Made by a program: the position numbers and the translations under genes. Below the pieces are notes generated by a model. The model worked only from the letters and a program-made list of their open reading frames with translations. It was not told the origin of the DNA and did no database searches. A stretch of 64,000 nt of DNA from Daphnia carinata. Its lineage: Eukaryota. Shown here piece by piece: positions 62,983 through 64,000 of this stretch. The stretch covers positions 1 through 64,000 of the forward strand of contig NC_081333.1 of assembly GCF_022539665.2 (NCBI RefSeq), read 5' to 3'. Position 1 is the stretch's first letter. Each line of letters starts with the position of its first letter.

Positions 62983-63990
62983 ATGATGCTTGATACCAAT
63001 AACGGACCCCGCCCTCTATTGAAGAAAACTCCTCAGGACTTGGGTATGTCTTTTCTCTGCTGATCCTATAAACGACGAGTTCATCGAACAGAGGTCTCTT
63101 CCCAGTCACTCCCGCACGATCAATATTATTCTACCCGTCCTCCACTGACGTCACTTAACCTTTCTCCCGCGGCCAAAATAGTCTACTACGACGCAGATAT
63201 CTTTTATTCTCCTAACACACATTTCTTTTCTTTTTTTCGCTTGTAAAATAATGATCAAGTAGACAGCCACGAGTTTGTTGGCCTCGAGGCTTTCCTTTTG
63301 CTTGTCTACATGTCGTAAAAGAGAGGCAGAACTAAGAAACATAGAAAAAAAAAATAGCCTCGTGATTCACGCACAGCGCATTCTCAACCGCCGCCAAACA
63401 GTCGCGCCAAGTCTCGTGCTGCCCCTCCCAAAAACAAACTGAACTGGAAGGGAATGTACATTCGGCGCCAAATGACAATAGGAGCAGCTGTTGTCACGGA
63501 AATGCCAGTTTTCCGTAAATTCCCACTCGCGCTTTTCACGGCGGTGCTTTTTTGGCCATTCTCTTTGCTGTCGGTTAGTTTTCCTAAAATTAACTTTGCC
63601 TTCGTTTTTAGAGAGTTTTTTTTGGGGGGAAAGAAAGAAAAGTTAGGCGACGCACAATGTACCCAAAGATAAACCCAACAAGGAATCAGACGTCGTCCGA
63701 TATTTGAGCAGGAGTTGTATTATTAAATCCTTGTTGTCAGAGTCCCTTATCTCATTATTGAAATACCTGCATTTTTGTTTTGTTTGTCATGTTGCAGCTC
63801 ATGTGGTGAAAGTAGGTGAGCTTCGCCCGGCGCCGCGACCATCGCCGCCACCTTTGACATCGGCCCGATCCCGTCGTCATGTGGCCGAATGCTGGCACGT
63901 CATCTTTGCTCCCGATGAAACACGTTTCGCTTGGCTTTGCGGAACCAGCCGAGTCCTCATCGTCCCGTGGAACCGATTCAAAAATTGCCT
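62983..63990 (+). CDS. WD repeat and SOCS box protein (WSB-like), first two coding exons 62983-63043 and 63798-63990; continues beyond the window
   Basis: VGELRP...ECWHVIFAPDETRFAWLCGTSRVLIVPW resembles the WSB1 N-terminus (IGELL...ENWTVAFAPDGSYFAWSQG...LVPW); the phase-1 GT-AG junction is compatible. Confidence 0.8.
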
Positions 63991-64000
63991 GTAAGGGACA

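Overview
Eukaryotic, AT-rich arthropod DNA; the short (~60-80 bp) introns and gene content suggest a Daphnia-like crustacean (inference). The window runs from heterochromatin into ordinary genes. (1) 1-4837: 3' end of an LTR retroelement carrying an envelope-like ORF (ricin-type lectin + Thr-rich mucin + herpesvirus-gB-like core + TM + PSAP tail), a separate ankyrin-repeat ORF and the 3' LTR. (2) 4838-26870: a 70-bp satellite, interrupted at 10903-16158 by a complete young Ty1/copia element (ACTGT TSD) whose gag is split by a 62-bp GT-AG intron. (3) A 100-N gap, then a 141-bp satellite and a ~3.1-kb tandem unit containing 180-bp repeats. (4) ~37.5-53.4 kb: a diverged, nested inverted duplication centred on (GGGATAT)32, with mirrored clusters of four tRNA-like Pol III modules and a ~135-bp exon/intron-repeat gene on each arm. 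(5) Host genes: a DUF4470/MYND-type gene, DRG1 and the 5' end of a WSB-like gene. All calls come from reading the sequence and from family knowledge; no searches were run.
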